Source of the DNA: a virus
Taxonomy: Duplodnaviria; Heunggongvirae; Uroviricota; Caudoviricetes
Virus record (IMG/VR): IMGVR_UViG_3300037743_000091
Length of the DNA stretch: 18,838 nt
Strand: one strand, 5' to 3'
Shown: one piece after another, positions 8,364-17,333 of the stretch
How the letters are laid out: the number at the start of each line of letters is the position of its first letter
Numbering within the stretch: position 1 is the stretch's first letter
Made by a program: the position numbers and the translations under genes
Notes under the pieces: generated by a model
Databases searched by the model: none
The model's input: the letters and a program-made list of their open reading frames with translations, nothing else
Told to the model about the DNA's origin: nothing

Positions 8364-8421
8364 TCTGGTAGAGGTACGCCCGGATCGCGCGACCCAGGAA
8401 GTAGAGGAGGTGTGATCCGGG

Positions 8422-10725
8422 ATGGTTAGCCTCGGTGAAGCCGTGGTCGAAGTCGGGGCTGACGGTGGGCAGTTTACTCAGGATGTACGCGGGTTCCTCC
8501 AGGACTCTCGGAGTCAGTTCGCCCGAGGCGGGGACGCCGCCGGATCTGATTTCGGGGGAGGTCTTAGCAAGGGGGTCAAGGCTCCTCTTGCTGGAGTTGC
8601 GGCAATCGCCGGAACGGCTTTCGCTGCTGCTGGCGTAGCTGCTGGAGCCGCGTTCATCGGCGGTCTTCGCGAAGCAATGAGCCAGGAAGACGTCAACGCC
8701 CGACTGGAAGCGGCCCTCGGAGCGACCCCGGAACAGGGAGAGAAGTTCGGGAAGCTGACGGCCGACCTGTACAAGGACGCCTTTGGTGAGTCTCTTGGAG
8801 AGGTGTCTACCGCTGTTGAGAACGTCGCTGCGGCTTTCCCGAAGCTGGGTGAGGAGGCTGGTAAGGGGTTACAGGAAGCTACTGAACACGCTCTGAACTT
8901 CTCCAAGATCTTCGGAACAGACGTCGAAAGCGCGGTGTCGGCCGCCTCCGTCACGATGTCTTCCGGTCTCGCTTCGGATGCGGAAGAAGCATTCGACCTC
9001 ATGACTGCCGCATCCCAGCGAGTCGCCCCGAAATTCCGTGATGACCTTCTTGAGTCGGCTACTGAATACGGGACGTTCTTCAACACCTTGGGGATCGATG
9101 GTCCCCAGGCTTTCGGGCTGCTGGCTAATGGTGCTGAACTAGGCCAATTCGGTATCGACAAGGTTGGCGACGCGATCAAGGAGCTGACCATCCGTGCTAC
9201 GGACGGTTCGACCACGACGGTGGACGCCTTCGATGCTATCGGTTTGAACGCCGCGAACATGGCTACCAAGATCGCTCAAGGCGGCGAGGGGGCTAACGAA
9301 GCATTCGGACAGATCGTTAAGGGTCTTCAAGGTATTGAAGACCCGGCGGAGCAGGCGCAGACAGCCATCGGACTGTTCGGCACTCCCCTTGAAGATTTGA
9401 ACGTTGCGCAGATTCCCCAATTCCTGGACGCCCTGTCTAGTGGTGAGGATGGACTAGAAAATTTCGACGGGGCAGTCACCCGTGCCGGGGACACCTTGAA
9501 TGACACTGCGCAAACACGGCTAACTGCGTTTACCCGGGGTATTCAACAAGGATTCGTTGAACTCATCGGTGGACAGGTGCTTCCGGTGTTCGATCAGTTT
9601 ATTCAATCTCTTTCCACGGGTAACGCGTCTATGAGTGGACTATCCTCCACTCTCACTAACGCTCAACCGTTTATTACCGGCGTGTCCGACGCATTCATGT
9701 CCGCTTGGGAAGCTGTTCAAGGATTCTTGGTTCCGGCTCTGACCAACGTGAAGGAAGTATTTGAGCGAGACGTACTCCCTGCGATTAATGAATTCCTCCC
9801 GGTAATTCAACCTGTCGTTGAGTTCTTGGTTAAGGATTTCGTTAACGCCATCGGTTCCGCTTTTACTCTGATTGCTGATGTTGTAGCCGCTATCTTGAAG
9901 ATCTTTTCAGGTCTTCTCACCTTCCTTACCGGCGTATTCACCGGAGATTGGGAAAAGGCGTGGGAGGGTGTTAAGAAGATCTTTGAGGGTGTGTGGGATG
10001 TCGTGCTTGCGGTATTCAACTTCGTTATTAATAGAATCACTGGGCAATTCCGGTCTCAGGTATCCCAGATTCCGGGGATCTGGAGTAACGCGTGGAACTC
10101 CCTTGGTCGCATCGTTTCTAACGCTCTGAGCAATGCCCGAAACGCTGTGATTCAGCGAGTGGTTAATATCCTCTCTGTTGTCCGGTCCCTCCCTGGGCGC
10201 ATTAAGTCTGCTCTGGGTAATCTGGGTTCTCTTTTGTACAGTGCGGGACAACAAGCGATACAGGGACTCATTAACGGAGTCAGGTCGTACTTCGGGAACC
10301 TGGCGTCGGCCGCAGCGGGCGCAGCTCAGACGATCCGTAACTACTTCCCGTTCTCCCCTGCTAAGGAGGGTCCGCTCTCCGGTACGGGAAGCCCTGAACA
10401 TTCGGGAGAGGCTATTGCCCAGATGCTGGCGAGTGGGATCGAGAGGAACGTCAACCTTCCCGCCCAGGCTGCTTCGAATGCCCTTGCCCCGCTCTCCCCT
10501 ACGGGTAGTGCCCTGTCCCCGTTGACGCGGGCACCCTCCGGATCACCTGCTCCTCCGGTGAGCGCCGGGGCGCAGCCCGCTACGTCGCCTGCCTCGATAC
10601 AGGTAAATCAAAACTACTTCGGCCCGACGACGAGCGGCGGACGGTTGCGCGAGATCGACTGGACGATCCGTTACGCGGTAGCAGCTAGGCAAGAGACCGG
10701 AGCTGGGGAGGCGTTCGCGGGATGA
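8422..10725 (+). CDS. tape measure protein
   Basis: 767 aa, Ala/Gly-rich and helical. Contains the phage minor-tail core (EYGTFF..LGIDG, DKVGDAIKEL), GDWEKAWEGVKKIF-type repeats and a PFSPAKEGPLSG motif. RBS GAGGAGG. Confidence 0.95.
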   Translation: MVSLGEAVVEVGADGGQFTQDVRGFLQDSRSQFARGGDAAGSDFGGGLSKGVKAPLAGVAAIAGTAFAAAGVAAGAAFIGGLREAMSQEDVNARLEAALGATPEQGEKFGKLTADLYKDAFGESLGEVSTAVENVAAAFPKLGEEAGKGLQEATEHALNFSKIFGTDVESAVSAASVTMSSGLASDAEEAFDLMTAASQRVAPKFRDDLLESATEYGTFFNTLGIDGPQAFGLLANGAELGQFGIDKVGDAIKELTIRATDGSTTTVDAFDAIGLNAANMATKIAQGGEGANEAFGQIVKGLQGIEDPAEQAQTAIGLFGTPLEDLNVAQIPQFLDALSSGEDGLENFDGAVTRAGDTLNDTAQTRLTAFTRGIQQGFVELIGGQVLPVFDQFIQSLSTGNASMSGLSSTLTNAQPFITGVSDAFMSAWEAVQGFLVPALTNVKEVFERDVLPAINEFLPVIQPVVEFLVKDFVNAIGSAFTLIADVVAAILKIFSGLLTFLTGVFTGDWEKAWEGVKKIFEGVWDVVLAVFNFVINRITGQFRSQVSQIPGIWSNAWNSLGRIVSNALSNARNAVIQRVVNILSVVRSLPGRIKSALGNLGSLLYSAGQQAIQGLINGVRSYFGNLASAAAGAAQTIRNYFPFSPAKEGPLSGTGSPEHSGEAIAQMLASGIERNVNLPAQAASNALAPLSPTGSALSPLTRAPSGSPAPPVSAGAQPATSPASIQVNQNYFGPTTSGGRLREIDWTIRYAVAARQETGAGEAFAG

Positions 10726-11654
10726 CCGGAAACAGCGGACAGTGGCGATTGGCGTTCTGGCAAGGGGATTCAGATGGACCCCCCGACTTGCTGCCAAGTT
10801 ATCTCGACTTCGATGCCCTCGGGTGCCTGAACGCTCCGCCTACTGGTCTCGGTAATCCTCCCCTCCGCCCTGGAGATCGGGCCAAGGTTCAACGCGACGG
10901 CACGTCGATGTACGGAGACTGGTACGAGTCACGCGCGGTGTCGTTCACGGTGACCTTCCAGAACGACGGATGCCCTGGATGCCCTGGAGTACGTCAGAGG
11001 GTTGCTCAAGTCATGCGTTCGTGGAATCGAAACTGTTCGGACGCTCGACTCCTCATCATCGCGGACTGCACTCCTGAAACCGATACGTTCCCGGAGGATG
11101 TTCTTCCTGATCCGGACGACCGTGCGACCCTCGGTCCGTACCTGCTCACTGGGCGTCCTCGTGAAGCTCAAATCCGTTGGGAGCGTTCGGATATCGGAGT
11201 AGGTCATATCGACTTCCGTTTTGATTCCGTGGACCATCGGATCGGAATTGTGCAGCCCAATATAAATGGGTCTATTACCTCGGAGACTTGTGTAACTCTG
11301 GATACGGCCAACGACACTGACTCATTTATCAATGCTGGAGACCTTCCTGCCTGTCTTGATATCACGTACGAAGGCGAGTTGACCGGGCCGGTAGTTCTGA
11401 CCTTTACTGATATCGGTGTAGGGACAATTACATTTAATGGGACTATCTCTTCCGGAGAAACGGTAACCCTAAATACCTGTGACAACCTCGCGGTATCCAC
11501 AATATTCGGGTCTCGGGATGCCCAGGAATACTCCGGTATGCCCAACAGAACTATCGCTCCGGGGTTCAACGGTACGGTAGAGCTATCCACTGGAGATGTG
11601 AATGATGATGGTTCTGTGACAGTGTGCTGGTCTCAAGACGTGATTGGAATTTGA
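10722..11654 (+). CDS. distal tail (Dit)-like minor tail protein, paralog A
   Basis: Directly after TMP (ATGA overlap). QRDGTSMYGDWYESR, CPGCP and RFDSVDHR motifs. Confidence 0.7.
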   Translation: MTGNSGQWRLAFWQGDSDGPPDLLPSYLDFDALGCLNAPPTGLGNPPLRPGDRAKVQRDGTSMYGDWYESRAVSFTVTFQNDGCPGCPGVRQRVAQVMRSWNRNCSDARLLIIADCTPETDTFPEDVLPDPDDRATLGPYLLTGRPREAQIRWERSDIGVGHIDFRFDSVDHRIGIVQPNINGSITSETCVTLDTANDTDSFINAGDLPACLDITYEGELTGPVVLTFTDIGVGTITFNGTISSGETVTLNTCDNLAVSTIFGSRDAQEYSGMPNRTIAPGFNGTVELSTGDVNDDGSVTVCWSQDVIGI

Positions 11655-11655
11655 G

Positions 11656-12624
11656 ATGCCTGCGAGTTCCGGAGCATGGACTGCTGTTATCTGGCGCACC
11701 GATCAATCCGTGTTGTCTAATCCGGTGGTTCTCGACGGTGGGGACGCCCCTCAAAATCTTTCATGGATGGGAGGTTCCCCTGAACCGGATGGATGTCTCA
11801 CGGTACCCCCGGAAGGTATGGGACTTCCGGGACTGCGTGTGGGGGACGTTGTTCCAGCAGAACGAGACGGCGTGCGTATGACCGCAGACTGGTACGAACC
11901 GCGCACGGTAACCCTCACGGTAGAGATCAAGGCAGATACTTGCCCGACTTGCCCGACGATTCGGGAGAAGGTTCGAGGACTTGAGCGAAAGCTAGTTCGT
12001 TTCATTCCGTTTGCTCAGGCAGACGTGACGAACTGGTACCACTACCTGTTGCTGTTTCCGCCGTGCTACGACGAGGAGAACGTATGCACGCAAGACCAGG
12101 ACTGGTCCGGACCGTACATGCTCTTCGGGCGCGCCCGCGTCGTGGGCGTCGAGTGGAGGCCGTCTAACGAGGCGCGGGCCCTGGTGATCCTTCGATTTGA
12201 TGCCGAGGACCACCGGCTCATGCTTCCCTGTATTGATGAGGAAAACCCGTACCACTGGGTACCCTCGCAGTGCGTCGAGGTGTCCGGTCCGACCGATATC
12301 ACTATCAGGGAATCCCAGTGCGCTCACTTGTCGTTCGAGATCACCGGAGAATTCAGCGACGATACTGAAATAGAAGTGACCTTTGGAAGTGAGTCTTTCT
12401 CCTATGTCCTGCTCAATGGAGTACCCGCTGGACAGACGTGGGATTTGGACGGTCTCAACAAATCCTTGACTCGCTCTGGTATCGACGAGACAAATACTCT
12501 GGATTTCTTGGAAAGTCCCGGACCCGTGGGTCCGGGGACTGTTACTGTGACCGTCACTCCTGGCGATGTCGGAGATACAGGAACGGTAACGGTGTGCTGG
12601 GAAGACTCGGTAGTAGGAGCGTGA
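11656..12624 (+). CDS. distal tail (Dit)-like minor tail protein, paralog B (322 aa)
   Basis: ATG 11656, 1 nt after the upstream stop. ERDGVRMTADWYEPR, CPTCP and RFDAEDHR motifs, colinear with paralog A. Confidence 0.7.
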   Translation: MPASSGAWTAVIWRTDQSVLSNPVVLDGGDAPQNLSWMGGSPEPDGCLTVPPEGMGLPGLRVGDVVPAERDGVRMTADWYEPRTVTLTVEIKADTCPTCPTIREKVRGLERKLVRFIPFAQADVTNWYHYLLLFPPCYDEENVCTQDQDWSGPYMLFGRARVVGVEWRPSNEARALVILRFDAEDHRLMLPCIDEENPYHWVPSQCVEVSGPTDITIRESQCAHLSFEITGEFSDDTEIEVTFGSESFSYVLLNGVPAGQTWDLDGLNKSLTRSGIDETNTLDFLESPGPVGPGTVTVTVTPGDVGDTGTVTVCWEDSVVGA

Positions 12625-12627
12625 ACC

Positions 12628-13914
12628 ATGGTATGTGAATGCGCGCAGAACTGGCGTCTAGAACTCGTGTTCTGGGGAACCGGTGAGACCCTGGCTGTCA
12701 TCATTCCGGAGTCCTTCGAGTTTCAGTCGCTCTATCAGGAACACGGGAACGCCTCCGTTCGATTCAAGATGAGCGGCGTCTCTCCCCCTCAATCCCAAGT
12801 TCGGACGGCTGGTTGGTTCCGGTCCAATGTGCTTTCTACTCTGTTCGACTCCTACCCTGGAGATTGCGGGATAGTTATTCAACGAGTGGCGGGCCCTGGG
12901 GCTACCTGGGAAGTACCACACGTGATGTTTGCCGGGACTATCGAGACCCTGACCGCCTCAGCTAACGGGGACATCGCGGCCGGACTGGTTGAGGTCACTG
13001 AATATTTGGAACGCAGAGTCATTCGGAACACTGCTGTATTTACAGCGATCGACCAGACGTCCATCGCGGCCTCCCTCGTAAACTACTCTCTGTATGGCAA
13101 TTTCTCCGACCCTCCCGGGGGTCCTGCTATCGATACAGAGTGGAACGCTAGTGAGAACTTGCGCATTGAAGGTGTAGCTGCCGGAGGCACTGGGATCAAC
13201 CGTGATCGAACGTATGAGGCTAGTGAACGCCCCACGATCTGGGAACTCTTGAAGAACCTCATGCAGATTAGCAATGGGCCGGAATACCGGCTCAATGTCG
13301 TCCGGGACAGTAACGGTAACTGGACCACTTTCATGAATTTCTACGATCAGGGGGAGGCCCCGGAAACAGCAATCACAGTGCATTGGGCAGAGGTAGAAGA
13401 CGCTCAGTTGGTCCTAGAGCGCCGCGAACGAACCACCTTGGTTGAGGTCTTCGGACGAAACGACAACCTCGTTACGCGTACCTTGGATGACGCGGACCCG
13501 GACCTCGCGTTCCTCCGTACTCGACACGTGCGCCACGACGCTACGCAGACGTACGACGTTCGGGGCACCTCGGCCTTGGAGGACTGGGGAGACGGGTTCA
13601 TTCTTGACCACTACGACCCGGCTACTTTTCTCCGGCTAACGTTTGCTGGTCTTGAGTACTCCGAGTCTCTGAACATCGATCACCTGATTCCCGGTAATCG
13701 TCTGGACGTGAGAATCGATGAGGACCAAATTCCCTGGGAGTTTGTCGCCGGTCCAAGTATCCCGGCATCACTGAGCCCCGCCGTGGCGGCCGATGACCTG
13801 CGATTTGGAACCATATCTGTCTCGGTTCCTAATTCCGGCCCTGAACAGGTGGTCGCAGAAGTCATTACGAGTAAAACGCTACTTCCGATCGTTTATGGGG
13901 AGGCGAGTCCCTGA
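12628..13914 (+). CDS. minor tail protein (baseplate hub / ReqiPepy6 gp37-like)
   Basis: 428 aa following the Dit-like genes. Contains YLERRVIR, RDRTYEASE and LKNLMQISNGPEY motifs. Confidence 0.7.
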   Translation: MVCECAQNWRLELVFWGTGETLAVIIPESFEFQSLYQEHGNASVRFKMSGVSPPQSQVRTAGWFRSNVLSTLFDSYPGDCGIVIQRVAGPGATWEVPHVMFAGTIETLTASANGDIAAGLVEVTEYLERRVIRNTAVFTAIDQTSIAASLVNYSLYGNFSDPPGGPAIDTEWNASENLRIEGVAAGGTGINRDRTYEASERPTIWELLKNLMQISNGPEYRLNVVRDSNGNWTTFMNFYDQGEAPETAITVHWAEVEDAQLVLERRERTTLVEVFGRNDNLVTRTLDDADPDLAFLRTRHVRHDATQTYDVRGTSALEDWGDGFILDHYDPATFLRLTFAGLEYSESLNIDHLIPGNRLDVRIDEDQIPWEFVAGPSIPASLSPAVAADDLRFGTISVSVPNSGPEQVVAEVITSKTLLPIVYGEASP

Positions 13915-14420
13915 TGGTCCGTAACGTTAATCCTCGACGATTCAATATCGCGGAAATTCTTCAGGATCACGAGAACCGTATTACTCAACTTGAGCACGAG
14001 TTGTTTCGTCGCGGTCAATGGGCTCCCTATAGCCCTGCCCTTACCAATGTCACGGTTGGTAACGGCACCCTGACTGCCCGTTGGTGCCGGGTACGGGATT
14101 TCGTACAGGTGAAACTCATCTTCCAGTTCGGGTCTACCTCGGCATTTACTGGAACCATAGGCTTCGGTACCCCGGTGGATGGGTTCTCTACTTCGGGTTT
14201 CGTCTATCCCATGGGAACAGCAATTGCCAGACCGTCTGGAGCTACTGGTTCTAACGTGTTCAAGGGATTCACTACCAACGACGGTTCTGGGGCTATTACC
14301 GAAATACGGATTGTAGCCGCTAACGGAACTAATGCCGGTGGTTGGAACGCCTCCACACCATTCGTGTGGTCAGATGGCGCAATTCTCGGAATTGACGCCA
14401 CGTATGAGGCGGGCGCATGA
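13914..14420 (+). CDS. minor tail / small fibre-like protein
   Basis: TGATG coupling. N-terminal coiled coil, then WAPYSPALTNVTVGNGTLTARW.RV.D.V beta-rich domain typical of phage tail-tip proteins. Confidence 0.7.
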   Translation: MVRNVNPRRFNIAEILQDHENRITQLEHELFRRGQWAPYSPALTNVTVGNGTLTARWCRVRDFVQVKLIFQFGSTSAFTGTIGFGTPVDGFSTSGFVYPMGTAIARPSGATGSNVFKGFTTNDGSGAITEIRIVAANGTNAGGWNASTPFVWSDGAILGIDATYEAGA

Positions 14421-14746
14421 GTGTAGACATTCCATCGCTCGGTCAGACCATCATTAATGTGCTGACCGGGGGGATCGGGCTGGCTTTGGCCATACTGGCT
14501 CGTATGCTCTGGCTCCGGATCGACCGGCTCCTACACCAGACGGAGAACGAACACGAGGACGCCGAGTACCCTAACCTGCGTGAAGAACTGACTTCCGCTC
14601 GAAAGACGACCGAAGATATCTTCGAGGCTATCGGCGAAATGCGTAGTGACAACGTTGCCGCTCGACGGGAACTCGAAGGGTGCCGCGAGGACATCCGGAG
14701 CGTGTCCGCCCGGCTCGACCACCACATCAACGAACCCTGCCCGTAA
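14417..14746 (+). CDS. membrane protein (DUF2746-like; possibly lysis-associated)
   Basis: ATGA overlap. One TM helix (IINVLTGGIGLALAILARMLWL), then a TENEH...NLREEL coiled coil. Last gene of the late operon. Confidence 0.6.
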   Translation: MSVDIPSLGQTIINVLTGGIGLALAILARMLWLRIDRLLHQTENEHEDAEYPNLREELTSARKTTEDIFEAIGEMRSDNVAARRELEGCREDIRSVSARLDHHINEPCP

Positions 14747-14748
14747 CG

Positions 14749-14780
14749 CAAAAGGACCAGCCTTCGGGCTGGTCCTTTTG
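14749..14780. terminator. bidirectional intrinsic terminator between convergent arms
   Basis: CAAAAGGACCAGCC-TTCG-GGCTGGTCCTTTTG, giving U-tracts on both strands, between stops 14746 (+) and 14792 (-). Confidence 0.9.
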
Positions 14781-14791
14781 TGTACTAATGG

Positions 14792-15109
14792 CTAGTAGTA
14801 CACCTCCACGTAGGCGTCCGGGTACCGCGCGCAGGCGTTCGTAATATCTGTCAGGAACTCGATGGTAGAGACCACGGTCCCCCAGTTGTTCGGAGGCTCC
14901 ATGGCTCGGTACTTCTCCATGTCGTGGATGATCTTCCCGCACGCCTCATGGGCCGCACTGCGAAGTGCGCTCGCCTTGGCCCCGTGGTACTCGCGCAGGT
15001 CGAGGCCAGCTTCCTGCCACATACACGCCGTGTTCGAGGTATGGTTGCGGGACCAGATTTCCACGGGTTCTCCGCCCGTGTGCACCATGAGGCTGACGTC
15101 ATAGGACAT
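14792..15109 (-). CDS. conserved hypothetical phage protein (105 aa)
   Basis: RBS GGAGGAG. The MSYDVSL...N.T.N...MW..AG.DL...PNNWG...FL...C..YP pattern is common in phage accessory regions. Confidence 0.8.
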   Translation of the reverse strand: MSYDVSLMVHTGGEPVEIWSRNHTSNTACMWQEAGLDLREYHGAKASALRSAAHEACGKIIHDMEKYRAMEPPNNWGTVVSTIEFLTDITNACARYPDAYVEVYY

Positions 15110-15112
15110 GAG

Positions 15113-15250
15113 TTACTCCTCCCTCTTGGGTCGTCCGGTACAGCGCGGGTTCCCTTCGCAGGTGCAGTCGTACCCGCCACCAACGATGGGAGGGCACCGC
15201 CCGCAGCAGTGCTCCGGACGGGGCCCTCCCTCGACCTCCAGATCCGGCAT
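15113..15250 (-). CDS. Cys-rich microprotein (45 aa), translationally coupled to rsr
   Basis: ATG overlaps the rsr stop (TGATG at 15250). Sequence MPDLEVEGGPRPEHCCGRCPPIVGGGYDCTCEGNPRCTGRPKREE. It fills the intergenic gap exactly. Too short for the ORF track. Confidence 0.7.
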   Translation of the reverse strand: MPDLEVEGGPRPEHCCGRCPPIVGGGYDCTCEGNPRCTGRPKREE

Positions 15251-16947
15251 CAGACCTTCCCGGCGATGAAGTCCGAGATGATGCGCGGCGCTGAGGAATC
15301 GAACCCTACGACGTCGAGCGCGTTCTGATCCTGGGGGTCCGCGATCGTGAAGCCCGTGGAGGTCATACCCACCACGATCAGCTTCGCGTCCGCGATCCCG
15401 CAGGACTTGCGGTACTGGCGCAGGGCCTCCATCGGCTGGACCTTACCGGCGTACGTCTCCGAGTCCGTGTAGATCACGAAGGCGTCGTACTTGCGCCCCT
15501 GACCCTCGGCCCAGAGCATCGGCAGGGCGCAGTCCGTTGCACCCATGCGGAGGTTCCGGACAGTCCGCAGGTTGTCGTCCAGGCGACGCTGAGGCGACAG
15601 CGTGATCTCCTCGATGCCATCCCGACCTCCCCAGGCAGAACGCTGTGAGTGAGCGGACCAACCCGTCGAGGTGAATGCCACGGTGTCCGTGGTGTTCGGG
15701 TCCGCCGCGAGAGTCGCGATTGCCATGGCGGCAGAACCCTCACGCGCGCTGACGTTCGAGTTCATGATGTTGTACATCCCCATCGAACCCGAGATGTCCA
15801 GAGCGATGCACACGCGCTTCCCCGTGGGCTCGACGTTCTGGAACGCGAGACGGAACGCCTTGTCCAGTGCGTCCACGATCGGCTGCCGAGGCGTCCACGT
15901 GAGCGAGCCACGGAAGCCTCCCCCCTCGGAGTACGTCTTGAGGGCCAGGAGGACGTTGAACGGGTGTACCCGAGCACGCTGCACGTTCTCCGGATCGGCC
16001 AGGGTACGCACAACCTCACCCTGAACCTTGGCACCGGTCACACCCTGTGTGAACACGTCCAGGGCCGTCATACGCCCGAGGTTCCGCATCATCGCCGTGT
16101 ACGGCAGACGCTTGCCCATGATGAGAGCACGCCACACACCCGGGTCCTTGAGGGAGTCCGTGGGCAGCATCTCCCACGACAGGTCCAGCGCCTCCTTCGG
16201 GTCGAGTTCACCCGACTTGACGCGCTCGAACTGCCCGAGGATGCGAGCAGCCCCGACGTTCTCCGGCGTCGGACCGTTGACCGCGTAGTTGAGCACCTGG
16301 TTCAGCGTGCCGTCCCCCGCCTTCGGGTGCCCGAGGCGCAGAACGTCCCGGTGAACCCAACCGCCCCGCCGCCGGTACTTGAGCACCTGGTAGGCGAGCT
16401 TGTCCACGTCCTGGGCGAGGTACCAGTTCGAGAGCATGGCGCGCAGGCCCCGGCTGCCCTTCGTGTATGCCGAGATGTAGTCGGTGAACTCGAACATGTG
16501 CGTACCCGTACGCACGAACTCCCGGAAGCGCTCCTTGATCGCCTCGCCCACGGGGTGAACCGCGTTGCGCTTGATCGGCGAACCGTTCGGCCGGACACGA
16601 CCGGTGTCCTGAACCTGCGGCTCCGGAATCCGGCTCTTGAGGAGAGCGAGGGCGAAGAGCACCGTGGAGTGACGCGGAGCCGCGTTCGTCACGTTCACGT
16701 CCGCAAGCACCCGGAAGTAACCCTCGGGGTCCTTGTCCGCGTACTCCGTGAGGAACTGGACGCTGTCACGCATGTGCGTGCGCTGATCGACGTAGTAGGT
16801 ACCACCTTCCGCGCCGAGGATCAGGAACCGGCGGAGCCGGTTCGCGTCGCTGACGCCGTAGACGTATCCACCTGCGTTGTTCTCGATCTGGCGGGAATCG
16901 GCACGCTCGGTCTGCGTCGGGATGCCCTGCATGTCGCGGTACTTCAT
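15250..16947 (-). CDS. rsr: Ro60 / TROVE-domain RNA-binding protein (Rsr) with C-terminal vWA domain
   Basis: 565 aa. N-terminal NNAGGYVY...RLRRFLILGAEGGTYY, RTGTHMFEF, YQVLKYRRRGGWVHRDVLRLGHP, LPYTAMMRNLGRMT and RVHPFNVL. vWA MIDAS ALDISGSM, GATDCALPM, VIYTDSET, TIADP..LDVVGFD. RBS AAGGAGA. Confidence 0.97.
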   Translation of the reverse strand: MKYRDMQGIPTQTERADSRQIENNAGGYVYGVSDANRLRRFLILGAEGGTYYVDQRTHMRDSVQFLTEYADKDPEGYFRVLADVNVTNAAPRHSTVLFALALLKSRIPEPQVQDTGRVRPNGSPIKRNAVHPVGEAIKERFREFVRTGTHMFEFTDYISAYTKGSRGLRAMLSNWYLAQDVDKLAYQVLKYRRRGGWVHRDVLRLGHPKAGDGTLNQVLNYAVNGPTPENVGAARILGQFERVKSGELDPKEALDLSWEMLPTDSLKDPGVWRALIMGKRLPYTAMMRNLGRMTALDVFTQGVTGAKVQGEVVRTLADPENVQRARVHPFNVLLALKTYSEGGGFRGSLTWTPRQPIVDALDKAFRLAFQNVEPTGKRVCIALDISGSMGMYNIMNSNVSAREGSAAMAIATLAADPNTTDTVAFTSTGWSAHSQRSAWGGRDGIEEITLSPQRRLDDNLRTVRNLRMGATDCALPMLWAEGQGRKYDAFVIYTDSETYAGKVQPMEALRQYRKSCGIADAKLIVVGMTSTGFTIADPQDQNALDVVGFDSSAPRIISDFIAGKV

Positions 16948-16967
16948 GGTGTTTCTCCTTCCATCGG

Positions 16968-17008
16968 AAAAAGCGAGTGGCCCCGTCTCCGAAGAAACGG
17001 GGCCACTC
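16968..17008 (-). terminator. intrinsic terminator between Y RNA array and rsr
   Basis: Minus strand GAGUGGCCCCGUUUC-UUCG-GAGACGGGGCCACUC-GC-UUUUU, ending about 20 nt before the rsr ATG. Confidence 0.8.
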
Positions 17009-17015
17009 TCTGGGG

Positions 17016-17085
17016 TCAGCGGATAAGTAATGATGTTCGGGTGTGTTCACCATAAGAAGATAACCGAACATCAGCGACCCGCTGA
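17016..17085 (-). ncRNA. short Y RNA-like unit Y7 (70 nt; Lys-CUU-like loop)
   Basis: UCAGCGG-GUCG...UUAU-CCGCUGA terminal helix. Inner stem UGAUGUUCGG/CCGAACAUCA. UAUC-UUCUUAU-GGUG hairpin. Confidence 0.8.
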
Positions 17086-17094
17086 TACAAGTGA

Positions 17095-17165
17095 GTGGCA
17101 GATAAAGGAAACTGGAATCGGGGGAATCATTAGCATTGATAACCGAATCCAGGGCGACCCGCCAC
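17095..17165 (-). ncRNA. short Y RNA-like unit Y6 (71 nt; Ser-GCU-like loop)
   Basis: GUGGCGG-GUCG...UUAU-CUGCCAC. Inner stem CUGGAUUCGG/CCGAUUCCAG. AUCA-AUGCUAA-UGAU hairpin. Confidence 0.8.
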
Positions 17166-17180
17166 AGTATTTAATTGTTG

Positions 17181-17320
17181 AGCGTGGCAGATAAATGATC
17201 AGGATTCGGGGTTGGACGGCTGCTCTGCCACTTGAGCTATACCCCAGGTAACTGGGGCAAGAGGAATCGAACCTCTAACATGCTGTTTTTGATAACCGAA
17301 GCCTTTCGACCCGCCACGCT
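17181..17320 (-). ncRNA. YrlA-type Y RNA unit Y5 (140 nt; permuted tRNA module, CAA-like heptamer)
   Basis: AGCGUGGCGG-GUCG...UUAU-CUGCCACGCU. T arm AGAGG-UUCGAUU-CCUCU. Loop-closed acceptor UGCCCCAG-UUAC-CUGGGGUA. D arm GCUC-AAGUGGCA-GAGC. Confidence 0.9.
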
Positions 17321-17333
17321 ATGAAATTGTGAA

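Noticed and set aside
14417-14746. Complete lysis cassette
   Set aside because: Only a single-TM membrane protein is present, with no endolysin motifs in the window. Holin function is unsupported.
15649-17055. 468-aa + strand ORF opposite rsr
   Set aside because: Antisense shadow of the high-GC3 rsr gene, with low-complexity Arg/Val/Gly composition.
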